The notes under the pieces are model-generated. The model did not search any database and had not been told where the DNA came from. It saw only the letters and a program-made list of their open reading frames with translations. Positions 47,150 through 60,959 of a stretch of DNA of 64,000 nucleotides are shown piece by piece. The translations under genes were made by a program, and so were the position numbers. The stretch lies in contig OX597827.1 in the NCBI GenBank assembly GCA_951406725.2, positions 77,686,001-77,750,000 of the forward strand, written 5' to 3'. The stretch comes from Octopus vulgaris. Taxonomy: Eukaryota. The number at the start of each line of letters is the position of its first letter. Positions within the stretch are counted from its first letter, which is position 1.

Positions 47150-47785
47150 CATCTCGTGAAAGTGGTGTTTCATAGACTTGTTGTAGTGAGATGTCCAACG
47201 ACAATCACACTGAATGATCCAGCAGTAATCCACCATCGTATGTGTCCCTGGGGTCCTGGTTCCATAGTTCTTAGATCATCATCATCATCGTTTAACGTCC
47301 GCTTTTCATGCTAGCATGGGTTGGACGAATTTGACTGAGGGCTGGCAAACCAGATGGCTGCACCAGGCCCCAATCTTGATCTGGCAGTGTTTCTACTGCT
47401 GGATGCCCTTCCTAATGCCAACCACTCCGTGAGTGTAGTGAGTGCTTTTTACGTGCCACCGTGTTCATTATGTTCATCATTTAGGGGACCAAGGTTGTCT
47501 GGGAAATGATCCAAGTGGCTGTGGAGATAATGCCCTTTGAGGCTCATACTACTGCCAAGATGGCAGAAAGAAGGATTCATGTTCTGTACTGGTTCAGAGT
47601 AGTGATCTGTTTTATGGCTGCCAAGAAGATTTCTTACAACCAGAGTGAAAGAAGATCCTGCGTCTACCTCGACATTGTTCAACAAATCTTGGAAAGAAAT
47701 GAAGGTCACATTCTTATTTAATGGTGTGAATAAATGTAGAATTGAGTCTAGAATCTGAGGCACCAAAAGACTTTTTACAATTTCT
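47150..47785 (-). mobile_element. CMC/Chapaev3-like transposase C-terminal remnant, split by an RTE tail (47276-47462)
   Basis: LLGSHK..MSLKGHYLHSHLDHFPDNLGPLNDEH, then DLRTME..MVDYCW, matching the recalled motif MSLKIHFLHSHLDFFPENLGAVSDEHGERFHQDI..LADYCW. Confidence 0.65.
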
Positions 47786-47809
47786 TCCACATTATTGCTG
47801 TTGTTATTA

Positions 47810-48370
47810 TTGAGTGAGAGAGCAATGCATGCCATCAAAGGGACACTGGGGTAAAATATACAAAGCCCAATATACCCATAATGACTACCCGTCTGATAAG
47901 GGTACACCAGGCACATGTTTCACAAACACATGTGCACGACATGGTGACCATATATCAAGATAAACAGTGCATGACCTTACAGGTGGGGACCAGTTAGAAT
48001 TTTCTTCAGGTCGAGTAGCCCATTCCACTCAAAAGGTCCCTGAATAAGGATTGTTTAAGGATGTTGAACGAAACACCCATGTTTCCAGAGGTGAATTATT
48101 CAAACCCCAAAGAATCCCTCTCAACACATGGCTATGATGCTCCCCCACTACTTCTGCTCATGATCAGAGATGCACATATCGTCAGCCACTAAGGGACATG
48201 CTCAACTGGTTACGGTCAAACAACTGACAAGCAAATCTGTGGTATTGAGCAGAATATTTACTGTAGCCCATCTTTCCTACCAAGACAAAACAATGTACAT
48301 GATAACACTTCCAATCAGTTACCATCAGAAGCCATGAGAGCCATTGCCTGGTACTGCATCAGGGCATTTA
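47810..48370. mobile_element. ~570-bp (TTA)n-inserted non-coding element, most complete copy
   Basis: Same termini as 26124-26700, flanked by TTATTATT. Confidence 0.85.
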
Positions 48371-48984
48371 TTATTATTGCTAAGATACTTAGTGACATTT
48401 CTTCTGGTATTTTATGTTCAGAGTTCAAATCCTGCCAAGGTCAGCTTGGCCTGTCATTGCTTTTAGGTCAGTAAGATTTATTAATACTGGGGTTGATATA
48501 ATTAACTTGCCCTTCCCCTCAAAACTGCAAGCATTAAGCCAAAATGAAAAGGAATTATTATTATTCAGAGTCGAAGCTTTGCTGCATCAAACAATCCTTG
48601 ATCCAGCGTACATAAGAATCATCATGTTGTATTCTTTCAGCTGGGAAGGGCAAGCAGTCTTTTCCTCTCCCTTGTGTCTTGACCAAGGGCAATGGTATGG
48701 TGAGTAAAACTGAAGAGAAAGGGGTCAAGACTTCCCATGTTTTTGGTTTTATATTTACAAAAGGACACTTCCTCTGTTTTGGTTTTTACATAAATATGTA
48801 AATGTGTGTGTGTGTGTGTCTTTTATATATGCTATCTTTTACAAAATCTTGTTCTATTTATATCCATGCTTCAAAGATCTATGAGGTCCATTGGCAAGGT
48901 ATTGAAAAGCTGTGGGCCCTTGTATCCTAAACTGTTTCAGTATTGGGTTCTTATGCTAGACAGAGAGGACACAATCCACCCATC

Positions 48985-49095
48985 CATCCGTCTATCTATC
49001 TATCTATCTTTCTTTGTTTCTTTCTCTGTATCTTTCTTTCTATATATCTAGTTATCCATATCTATCTAACCATGTCTGTCTGTCTATCTTTCTAT

Positions 49096-49141
<46 letters not shown>

Positions 49142-49340
49142 GTCTATCTATCTATCTTTTTCTTTGTTTCTTTCTTTCTATATATCTAGTTATCTATATT
49201 ATCTATATCTATCTGCCTGTCTGTCTGTCTATCTATCTATCTATATATATCGATCTACATATCTATATATCTATCTATCTCTCTCTCTCTCTCTATCTAT
49301 ATATCTATGTATGAGTGTGTGTGTGTGTGTGTGTGTGTTA
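48985..49340. repeat. (TCTA)n / (TG)n microsatellite
   Basis: Direct observation. Confidence 0.9.
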
Positions 49341-49552
49341 ACCGAGGACCAGTACAGTCAAACAGAAACGCCCTGCAGGTATTAACGGCTGACAGAGTTA
49401 TCTCCCTTCACATCGACCTCCATCTTTCATGCCATGAGGCAGCTGGAAACAACCACACAAGACGAAGCGCACACTTCAGCATCATTGACAGAAACACTTC
49501 AGGCTGCTGCTGCTCCAGTATGGCCACAGTCCAATGACTGAAACTCACATGC

Positions 49553-49585
<33 letters not shown>

Positions 49586-49703
49586 TATAAGCATGTACCT
49601 ACCTATACATATATCCATGTGTATGTGTGTGTGGGGGGGGGGGTGAGTAGAGAAATGAAAGAAAGACTCAAAACATTTAATAGGAGTTGCATAAACTATT
49701 ATT

Positions 49704-49736
<33 letters not shown>

Positions 49737-49741
<5 letters not shown>

Positions 49742-50110
49742 GAGCACTCAGAGAGCGCAAACCTCCACCAAGGCAACAATAACGTCCTCTCAACAATTAG
49801 CCGGAGATGATTTTTAAAATGAGAATATCTGAAATAAACTCGATTGCTCTCACAAATGAGAATGCTAATAATGAATACGACCACTCTCAAAAATGAAGTA
49901 AAAGAACAGGTAAAATAATCCAGAATCCTTGTCCAGTACCAGATTGATCCCAAAAGCTAATCAGTTTGTGCCAGTCACAAGGCCAAACATCTCTGAAAGT
50001 TTCATCCGAATCTATCCAGCAGTTCTTGAGATATCTTGTCCATGGACAAACAAACAAACAAACATAACTGAAAAACAACACCTCCGCCCCTTCGCTAAGG
50101 CAGAGGCAAT
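49737..50110 (-). mobile_element. Non-autonomous Helentron (HINE/DINE-1-like rolling-circle element)
   Basis: Minus strand: 5' hairpin CCTCTGCC..GGCGGAGG, (TTTG)n microsatellite, subterminal TTGGTGGAGG, 3' hairpin GCGCTC-TCT-GAGTGC, end CTTGTT. Confidence 0.8.
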
Positions 50111-50637
50111 AATGAAATTATTGGGTATGGTACTCAGGTGCACTACAACTCATCAAAGGTGCACGTACAGAACATAGAATTATGTGTGATAAGTAGCTTG
50201 CTTACCAACTACATGGTTCCAGGTTCATTCCCACTGCGTGGCACCTTGGGAGAGTGTCTTCTACTATAGCCTCTGGGGTCAATTTGCACCCCACCCTCTA
50301 GCTCCACTACAAAATGTAATGGTACCCTACAGAGTTACCCTGGTAGAAATACTGTCAGCCACACCTAATGGACCCTGATTCCTGTGTGTCTTACACTGCA
50401 GTCATCCAGCCTACCCCTTAAAACTACACACACACAATATATATATGTGTGTGTGTGTGTATGTATGCATGCTGCATGTGCACATAGGTACATATGTTGG
50501 TAGGTAGGCATGTATTCATGTATGTTTATATATATATATGATATTCCGAAATATCATATCAGACTATGGATGACTAAATTACAACAGGTATATAACCCAT
50601 TGTCTGTTTTATAGTGCATTCAAAACTATTTAATGTT

Positions 50638-50681
<44 letters not shown>

Positions 50682-50709
50682 CATATGTGCGTGAGTGTGT
50701 ATATGTGTG

Positions 50710-51148
50710 TGTGCCCGTGGTAGTAGGGTGCCAAGAGCACCATCCAAGCATGATCCTTTCCAGAGCAGCCAACTGGCTTCCATGCCAGTGGAATGTAAAA
50801 GGGCACCATTCGAGTGTGACTTATTACCAACATCGCTTTACTGCCACCTGTGCCGGTGGCATGTGTAAAAAGATTCAAGCAAGGTCGTTGCCAGTACCAC
50901 CTGACCTGGCCACCGTGCTTGTGGCACGTAAAAAGCACCCACTGGGCCTCGTGCTGGTGGCACATAAAAGTAAAAGCACCCACTACACTCTTGGAGTGGT
51001 TGGCGTTAGGAAGTGCATCCAGCCGTCGAAACTCTGCCAGATCAAGATTGGAGCCTGGTGCAGCCATCTGGTTCGCTAGTCCCCAGTCAAAATCATCCAA
51101 CCCATGCTAGCATGGAAAGCGTTAAACGATGATGATGATGACGATGAT
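50710..51148 (+). mobile_element. RTE family B 3' UTR followed by (AGAT)n
   Basis: GTGGCACGTAAAAAGCACC subrepeats; GTTAAACGATGATGAT tail. Confidence 0.85.
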
Positions 51149-51149
51149 A

Positions 51150-52146
<997 letters not shown>

Positions 52147-52530
52147 GCCGCAGTGTGGTAAGTAGCTTGCTTACCAACCACATGGTCCTGGGTTCAATCC
52201 CACTGCATGGCACATTGGGCAAGTGTCTTCTACGAAAGCCTTGTGAGTGGATTTGGTAGAGAGAAACTGAAAGAAGCCTGACGTATATGTATATATATGT
52301 ATATGTATATGTTTGTGTGTGTGTTTGCACCCCACCAATATTCCTTGACAACTGATGCTGGTGTGTTTACGTCCCTGTAACTTAGCAGTTTGGCAAAAGG
52401 GACCGATAGAAAAAAGTACTAGGGTTACAAAGAATAAGCTCTGGGGTCAATTTGCGCAACTAAAGGCGGTGCTCCAGCATGGCCGCAGTCATATATATAT
52501 ATGACTGAAACAAATAAAAGAGTAAAAGAG
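52147..52530 (+). mobile_element. Family A SINE
   Basis: Match to family A. Confidence 0.85.
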
Positions 52531-53191
52531 AGAGAGAAATACACACACACGCACACACACACATATATCTACACATATACACACAGAGAACACATACACA
52601 GATACACACACACACACACACCAAACCCCTCACCCCCACCCACAGCCCTCTCATCTCTGACTAGCCGACCTGCAGTAATGGAAGCTGCTGCAAGTTAGCA
52701 TGACTTCCACAGTATTCTTCAGTTTCCACCCCAACCCCCAACCCCTTCCCTTCAGCCCTAAAACGATGTCTTAAGAAACCGGGGGGGGGGAGCTCATTCA
52801 ACTAACATCCTTTTCTAAGCGAACATCACGTCATTTCATCAGGAGCCCTCCCCCCCTCTCTAAAAAAAAATTGCGTTTGTGAGTGGAAATAACATTTTAA
52901 AAAATAATTAAGGAAAACAGCTGACATATAAGGAATTTTTTTTTTTTAAGAAAATTGGAAATGTTGAATCATCATTTATTTAGAATTTCAAATTTCATTA
53001 AAATAAGATAAAAATGGTTTCAGAGAGTTTTTTCTTCTTGTTTCTTCATCCTTTTCTTTCATGAGGTACGAGAAGAGATGAAGAATGATGTCTAAGTGGA
53101 TGTATATACATTTGTGTATCTTTGCGGGGAGTGTAGGTTTGTGTGTGTGTGTGTGTGTGTCCAACCTATGCCAGCATGGAAAACAAGCATT

Positions 53192-53582
53192 GGTCTGTGG
53201 CTGTGTGGTAAGTAGCTTGCTTACCAACCACATGGTTCCGGGTTCAGTCCCACTGTGTGGCACCTTGGACAAGTGTCTTCTACTATTGCCTCGGGCTGAC
53301 CAAAGACTTGTGAGTGGATTTGGCAGACGGAAACTGAAAGAAGCCCGTTGTATATATATATATATATATGTATGTATGCATATGTTTGTGTGTCTGTGCT
53401 GGTCCCCCCAACATTGCTTGACAACTGATGCTGGTGTGTTTACGTCCCTGTCACCTAGCAGTTCGGCAAGAGAGACCGATAGAATAAGTACTAGGCTTAC
53501 AAAGAATAAGTCCTGGGGTCGACTTGCCCAACTAACGGTGGTACTCCAGCATGGCCGCAGTCAAATGACTGAAACAAAAGAA
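53192..53582 (+). mobile_element. Family A SINE, near full length
   Basis: Head GTGGCTGTGTGGTAAG..GGTTCAGTCCC through tail AAATGACTGAAACAAAAG. Confidence 0.9.
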
Positions 53583-53640
53583 TATATACATATATACACA
53601 CAAATACACATATATTCATAGACAGACACACACACGCGTT

Positions 53641-53672
<32 letters not shown>

Positions 53673-54067
53673 AATGCATATATGCATACATATATGTACA
53701 TACATCTATACATATATATGCATGCATATGTGGGTGCAGAACATCACGAAACGTGTACAACAAAAACAAAAGAAGTACGAGTACATGGAATATGAACTAT
53801 TTTTTCAAACAACAAAAGACACAAATGGTGAACAAGACAAACAACACAAAAAGAACGACTCTTCATCAGTTGTTGGCTGTTTTTCTACTCTTGTATTTCA
53901 AGCATTTAACAACAATATATGCTTTTGATCAAACAGTTGCTCCTGCAAAGCAAATTAAATAAAATTGGGGATATTTTGCAGAGGGTCAAAATTGGTAACA
54001 CAGAGATAGATAGATAGATAGATAGATGGCTTGGCGATTTTTTTTCCTCTGTTTTCCCTTCTCTTAT

Positions 54068-54102
54068 GTTTCCGACGAAGAGCTCCGCTCGAAACGTTAA
54101 AC
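54068..54102 (+). ncRNA. Minimal 35-nt type I hammerhead ribozyme, U4C variant
   Basis: GUUU-CcGACGA-A-GAGC-ucc-GCUC-GAAA-CG-UU-AAAC; element of ~180 bp embedded in (AGAT)n. Confidence 0.75.
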
Positions 54103-54239
54103 CCTCCTTCTTTCCTGAGTGTCCAATAATACTAAATTTTTATCCCATGTCCTCGCGTTGTGTTTTTTTGTGCTTTCTTGTTTGGATTAACTTTAGATAA
54201 ATAGATAGATAGATAGATAGATAGATAAATAGATGGATG

Positions 54240-54286
<47 letters not shown>

Positions 54287-55068
54287 TGACAGATAGATAT
54301 GATATATATATATACATACATATATACATATGCATGTGGAAAACATAAGTATAAATTATATGTATGTGTGTGTGTATGAGGACTAGCTCTTCTTTTAAGC
54401 ATGCATTGAAAACATGACTGTTTTATTTAATCCTTTTTATTAAAGTTTCCTTGTCTCAGATAGACCCTCAGTTTTTTATACATACATACACACATATTGC
54501 CCCTTCCCCATGCACATGCGCAGAAACACATAGGAATAAGGGAGTAGAGCCTTACTTCATATACATTCATCCCTTTTTTTCATATATATTCGTAACTAAT
54601 TAATACCCATTGACATAGGCTCATTCTGGTCCCTTTTCAAAGCCCAGTTCCGTCAGGACTAAACTCTGGGATCCTGCAAGCATCTCTTAATCCCTTCTGA
54701 TTCTCTGGTAAATATATTCTTATAAGTTACCCAAGTTGGCTTCTTCATGTAAGGGTCCTATAATATTAGTAAAAAAAAAAGAAGTTTGAGAAGGGTATTT
54801 TCTGAATCAATATTGTTGGGCTGGAAGAACCATTTGAACATTGAACAGAAGAGTTTTGAACTTCTGAGTTCAAATCACACCAGGGCCAACTTTGTCGTTC
54901 ATCCTTTCAGGCTCAATAAAATAAGGTACCATTTGAGTACTGAGTTCAATGTAATTGACTAACCCCTCTCCCACTAATATTGCTGGCCTTGTGCAAAAAT
55001 TTGAAATGAATATCTTTTGCAGGTAACTAAGAGTGATGGAGATAGTGAACAGAGACAATCCACCTGGT

Positions 55069-55550
55069 TTAACCCTTTTGTTACCATATTTCTCTTGAGA
55101 TGCTCGTTGTTTCTTTTAATTAATTTTAAATATAACAAAGAATTTAGTAAAATAACTTTGTAATATTTCAGCTAGTGTTAGGAATGTAAATTGTGACTAA
55201 GGTTTGGTGGAAGATTTTAATTTAAAACTTTTGAAAACAAGACATTTCTACTCAGAGCCAGAGGTGGTTTCAGCGAGGTTGGTATCAAAAGGGTTAAGAA
55301 TTGTTTCTCTATTATATATTTTAACCCTTTTCTTACCATATTTCTGTTGAGATGCTCTGTGTTTCTTTCAATTAATTTTAAATATAACAAAGAATTTAGT
55401 AAAATAACTTGGTTATCATTCAGCTAGTGTTAGGAACATAAATTGTGACTAAGGTTTGATGGAAGATTTTAATTCAAAACTTATGAAAACAAGACATTTG
55501 TACTACAGAGCCAGAACCGGTTTCATCCAGGTTGGTATCAAAAGGGTCAA
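55069..55550 (-). mobile_element. Tandem dimer of the piggyBac MITE, inverted relative to 4583-5058
   Basis: Same TIRs and TTAA sites, and the same 23-bp spacer (one mismatch). Confidence 0.85.
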
Positions 55551-55659
55551 TATGACTGCAGGAAATATGTGCACTAAAACTAATAGAATTACAGAATTTT
55601 CACGTTTCTGAATTAAATGCTTCCATAGCATGAATGCATCATCATTATTATTAATTAAT

Positions 55660-56145
55660 TACGAGTTCAAATTCCGCCGAGGTTGACTTTGCCTTTCATC
55701 CTTTCGGAGGTCAATAATCCTTTCTACTGGTTGCGCAAGGCCTCAAGGGATTAAGTCAATTACATCGACCCCAGTGCATAACTGGTACTTAATTAATCGA
55801 CTCCAAAAGGATGAAAGTTCAAAGTCAACATCGGCTGAATTTGAACTCGGAACACTGCTCAGCTCTTCGCCCTGTGTTCTAACAATTCTGCCTTTTTTGG
55901 GGTCAATAATAAAAGCACCAGTCGAGTATTGGGGTCGATGTAATTGACTTAGCCCCTCCTCTTGAAATTGCTGATTCTATGTCAAAATTTGAAACCCTTA
56001 TATATTCTGAAAAGGTGGTCATCTGGTAAAATGGTGAGAGCCTCAGACAAAATGCTTAGCACCATGTCTTCCCACTCATTACACTCTACATTCAAATCCT
56101 CTCAACGTTAACCTTGTCCTTCATCCTGCTGGGATTGATAACAGT
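55660..56145. mobile_element. Nested family C SINE fragments in both orientations (also 54865-55010, 48415-48560, 25985-26110)
   Basis: GAGTTCAAATTCCGCCGAGGTTGACTTTGCCTTTCATCCTTT and its complement. Confidence 0.75.
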
Positions 56146-56151
56146 TGAGGA

Positions 56152-56600
56152 CATCATCATCATCATCATCGTTTAACGTCCGTTTTCCATGCTAGCATGG
56201 GTTGGATGGTATGACCAGGGTCTGGAAAGCCAAGAGGCTGCACCAGGCTCCAGTCTGATCTGGCAGTGTTTCTACAGCTGGATGCCCTTCCTAATGCCAA
56301 CCACTCTGAGAGTGTAGTGGGTGGTTTTTACGTGCCACCGGCACAGGTGTCAGCCAAAGCTGGCAATGGCCATGATCGAGTGGTGCTTTTTATGTGCCAC
56401 CGGCACAGAGGCCAGTCGAGGCGGTACTGGCAACGGCCACATTCGGATGGTTCTCTTACGTGCCACCAGCACTGGTATCACAACTAAAATTTCCATTGAT
56501 TTTATTTGATCGATTTCGATTTCACTTGCCTCAACAGGTCTTTGGAAGCAGAGTTTTGTGCCCTAAGAAGGAAAAGTATGCATAAGTGGACTGGCTACAG
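56152..56600 (-). mobile_element. RTE family B 3' end
   Basis: Colinear with 14162-14497 and 27519-27955. Confidence 0.85.
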
Positions 56601-56937
56601 GGGTTAATAATGAAATTCACTAGCCTCCTCCCACCAAATTTCAGGCTTTGAGCCCTATATTAGAAAGGAATATTATTGTTGTCCCCTCCAAATAAATTGG
56701 CACCGCTAGTGTTCATAAGGGTAAAGCCTGGCAGTGCATCCACACACCCGAAACAGTGAGTCATAACACACCAGATGCCAAGAACAGGTGTCATGGTGAC
56801 CCCACTGAGTCAGGCAGGTTGTCGTAACTTACCAGACAAACCTGGTGGTGCATCCACCTGCTGAAAAAACAGTAGGTCATAATGCACCAGGCCCCACAAA
56901 CTGGCAGAATTCCATTGTGGAATTTCCTCTCTTTGCA

Positions 56938-57530
56938 TCGGGAGTTCAAATCCTACCAAGGTCAACTTTGCCTTTCATCTTTTCAGGTTCATTAAAATAA
57001 AGTTTCCACTAAGTTCTAAGATCGATGACATCAATTTGCCCTCCTCTCCTTAGACTGCTGGCCTTTCTGCCAAAAGTAGAAAGAATTAGGAGTTCAAATC
57101 CCGCCAAGATTGAATTTGCCATTCATCCTTTCAGGGTCGATAAAATAAGTACCAGTTGTGCGCTGGGGGAGAGGGTCGATGTTTACATAGCCTTGATCCC
57201 TCACCCTAAAGCTGCTGGCTTTGTGTGAAAATCTGAAATTGTTTAAGATGGCCAGCAGGCAGAGAATTGTTAGCTCACTTGACAAAATGTTTAGCGGCAT
57301 TTCGTCCCGTCTTTACGTTCTGGGTTCAAAATTCCACCGGGGTCGACTTCGCCTTTCAGGGAGTCGTTAAAATAAGTAGCAGTCGAAAACTGGAGATCGA
57401 TGAGATCGATTTCCCCTTCCCCTAAAGAACTGCTGGCCGAAATTTGAAATTAATATTGTTGTTGTTGGTGTTGCTATCGCCAGTCGAGGACGACTTTGCC
57501 TTTCGTTCTTGGGAGATGGATAAAAAAACC
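56938..57530 (+). mobile_element. Head-to-tail pile-up of 3-4 family C SINEs
   Basis: GTTCAAAT.C..CC.rGGTCrACTT.GCCTTTC at ~56942, 57090, 57322 and 57485. Confidence 0.75.
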
Positions 57531-59982
57531 CCAGAAAATGCTGGAAAATAGTAAGGACGACGTTAATAGTGAAACAAAAAAGTCACCGTGATTAATTTCA
57601 TTACTTTTGGCCGGAAAAAACAAAAATGTCACGTAAAGAATGTCATATTATTCAAATATCATTAATAAATGAAAAGTAATTTTAAACCAATTAATTAACC
57701 ACGAAACCATGACATATACACAGTTACAACATTTAATTATATACACGCGAAGAAATATCACTTTTTATTCATTATCTTAGATAATAGAAGAAAAACCACC
57801 TCATTGAACGAGACATTTTAATAGAAGTTTTCGTGGGACATTTTCCGTGATTTTTCCCCTGTATTCTATATTATTGTCTATAACTGTGGCCCAAGATTAA
57901 TATTTTTATGGCTATGTAAGAATTCCATTTTTCTAATAATTGCTTTGTCATTGTTGACGAAGGACGATACAGTTTTAATGTGACGCCAGACTGTCATCTC
58001 TGTCCACACCTGGGACATTGAACAGCATTCTTGTACAAAACTTCATCATAATTAACAAATTAAGCGGGTGTCAGGTAAAGAGTAAGGCTGGAAATCTAAT
58101 GAAAATTTAGTTTAAGAGTTGCAAACAAAATTAGAAAGAAAAAATCCATGCTTATATGATGTTTAGTTTATTAAAACTTCAAATCTAGCAACAACTTCGA
58201 TATGTTGTATTGTCTTTTAACAATTTCCATCCAGGTCCGTCTTTTATCTCATCACATCTGTGAATCTGTTACAGTTGTTCGTTCATCTAAGCATTTGCAA
58301 CAATCTGGATTATATATATATAAGACTTGTGAAGTATATTGAAATATGCAGTCGGGAAACGGACCAGCCTGGGACCGAAGCTCCACTGGGAACCAGTCTG
58401 CCTGCCTGACTGTCTGTATGTATTATACAGATTGTTACAAGTATGTGTGTGTGTGTGTGTCCCTGTGTGTGTGTGTGTGTGTGTCTCTTGTGTGTGCATG
58501 GATATAAGGATCTACGTACATTCTTGAATCACTTGGGATTTTAGTGGTGCTGGTTATTCAAACGGCGTGTATGTGTGTGCGTACGCGAGTGTATGGGTGA
58601 GTGTATGTATGTATTTGTGTGTGTGGGTCTATGTATGTATTTGTGTGTGTGAGTGGGTGAGAGTATGTATTCGTGTGTGTGTGTATGTGAGTGTGTGGGT
58701 GTATGTATGTATTTGTATGTGTGTGTGGATGTATGTATGTATTTGTATGTGTGTGTGGGTGTATGTATGTATTTGTGTGTGAGCGTGCGACTTGGTGTAA
58801 CAAAATGTACCTTCAGCCACGAAACGAAGTTTATGAGAAATTTCTTTGTAATATTTCTTTTTAATGCTAGGTGGCAAGGTGTTGGTGGAGAGGTGCGCGG
58901 GTAAATAATTCTTTAACGACTTAAAGAAACGAAAAATAGCTTCAATTCGAAAGAACTTTTCACCTATGAATTAATTTTACCTGGCCAAATATGATTGGTC
59001 TTCAATCTGGTTTATTTCAAAACGTAATTTGGGGTGCTATACACACCTGCATACGTACATTTTTCGAGAGCGAGTGTATGATAAAAATGAGCTAATAGAA
59101 ATAGCTTAAAGTAGCCACTGGCATGTATTTGACCAACATAAATACAGGTATACCAATTACCATACAACATGAAGTCTAGATTTCGTGAAATTATCTCTGT
59201 CACTTGACAGGGGATGTACCATAATTACCAAATAGTAATTAAGGCCCGCTCCATATAAGAAGGGGAGGTAATCTAACGACTCGAAGCTTCTCCAAAGCTG
59301 ACACACCATTCAAGAAAAGGACGTTTATTGTGAAAGGGACAGGTGTAGGCGCTTGTTTCTGCCCCATTTGGTGTCATCAGCCCAACATTTGTCCTATTTT
59401 ATAACCTATAACCAAGGGTCTTAGACTTATACAAAATTAGTAGAAAACATTTAAGAGAGCGTTATCTGCTTTATTTTTCTGTGTGTGAAGGGAATAACAA
59501 GGTTGTAGTGACTTCATTTAGGCATAGAGTAGATTTGAACCTGTATCAGCAAATTTCCCATAACAGTTCAACAGCATTTTTCTCACAGAAAAACTATAGT
59601 GACAGCAGTTACATTTAGCATATGGCTTTGCCAAGCCGATTTATGTCTTCACCACTTGACCCTCCTGACCTCTTCTAGGTCAAGAAAAGTTAGAATCGAG
59701 ATAAGAGGTATCCCCAAGGAAATCTGTTGTTCTCTACAATATGTTTCTCCTTCTGACTGGTTTTGTATAGTTAAAAATACAAGAACTCTGTAAGCCAAAG
59801 TCAGTTAGTGAGAACCAAAATGAAACACTGTCTCTGAATGAAAAGGCACAGAGACACAACTGTGGTCACTCATCAACAAAGCAGTCGGTTCATCCCACCA
59901 CTCTCACTGTCTCTTCTCTACAAAATTAGCCTATCTCTATCTGTGGTTTACTATAACATAATGAGGAGAACAGAAGCACACG

Positions 59983-60320
59983 TCATCATCATCATTTAAC
60001 GTCTGCTTTCCATGCTAGCATGGGTTGGACGATTTGACTGAGGTGTGGCAAACCAGACTCCAATCTGATCTGGCAGAGTTTCTACAGCTGGATGCCCTTC
60101 CTAATGCCAACCACTCCGAGAGTGTAGTGGGTACTTTTACGTGCCACTGGCACGAGGGTCAGTTTGGTGGAACTGGCTACGGCCACGCCCAAAAGATGCT
60201 TTTTATGTGCCACCTGCACAGGAAGGAGTCCAGTGGCACTGGCGACGACCTCGCTCGAATTTTTCACACACCACTAGCACAAGTGCCAGTAAGGCGACGC
60301 GGTAACGATCACACTCGAAT
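59983..60320 (-). mobile_element. RTE family B 3' end
   Basis: Match to family B. Confidence 0.85.
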
Positions 60321-60894
60321 ACAAGAAAAATCTATGATATCCCTCTTTACCTCGCCTGCTTTACAAATTATATCATACCAACCCATTGTGGTTTTGGCTA
60401 TTTACAGAGCAACGGTAAATAAATATTTGTTTTTCAGCTTTGATCCCTGTCCTCCTTTCATCTTGCACATCTGCAGCATCAACACCCGTTACAAATGGTG
60501 ACCACTGATTCGACCTAAAATACTGTTACCATTGGTAACTACCAACTCCAACAATTATCATCACAATTACTGTTAAAACTGGTGACCCCCCCACGTAATT
60601 CGAACACACAGCCTTCCAGAACTTTCCACAAGGGTGATTCTATAAATTGTTAGCTAAGTACATTATATATATTCAATTATACATGCATACATATAATTAT
60701 ATATTTACACACTCACATGTTCTTATATATAGATAAATACATATACACACACTCACACACATATGCATATACTCATTTATATATATATATACAAAATTAG
60801 AGGTTGTGTTAGCCTCATGAAGGGATTGGTTTCATCCAAGGAAATACTGGTTCAATACTTAATATTCTGGGGGAATTAATTTCCTTAAAATAAT

Positions 60895-60957
<63 letters not shown>

Positions 60958-60959
60958 TT

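Noticed and set aside
52810-52845. Minus-strand CUGAUGA...GAAA
   Set aside because: No stem II, stem III or stem I pairing; a chance match.
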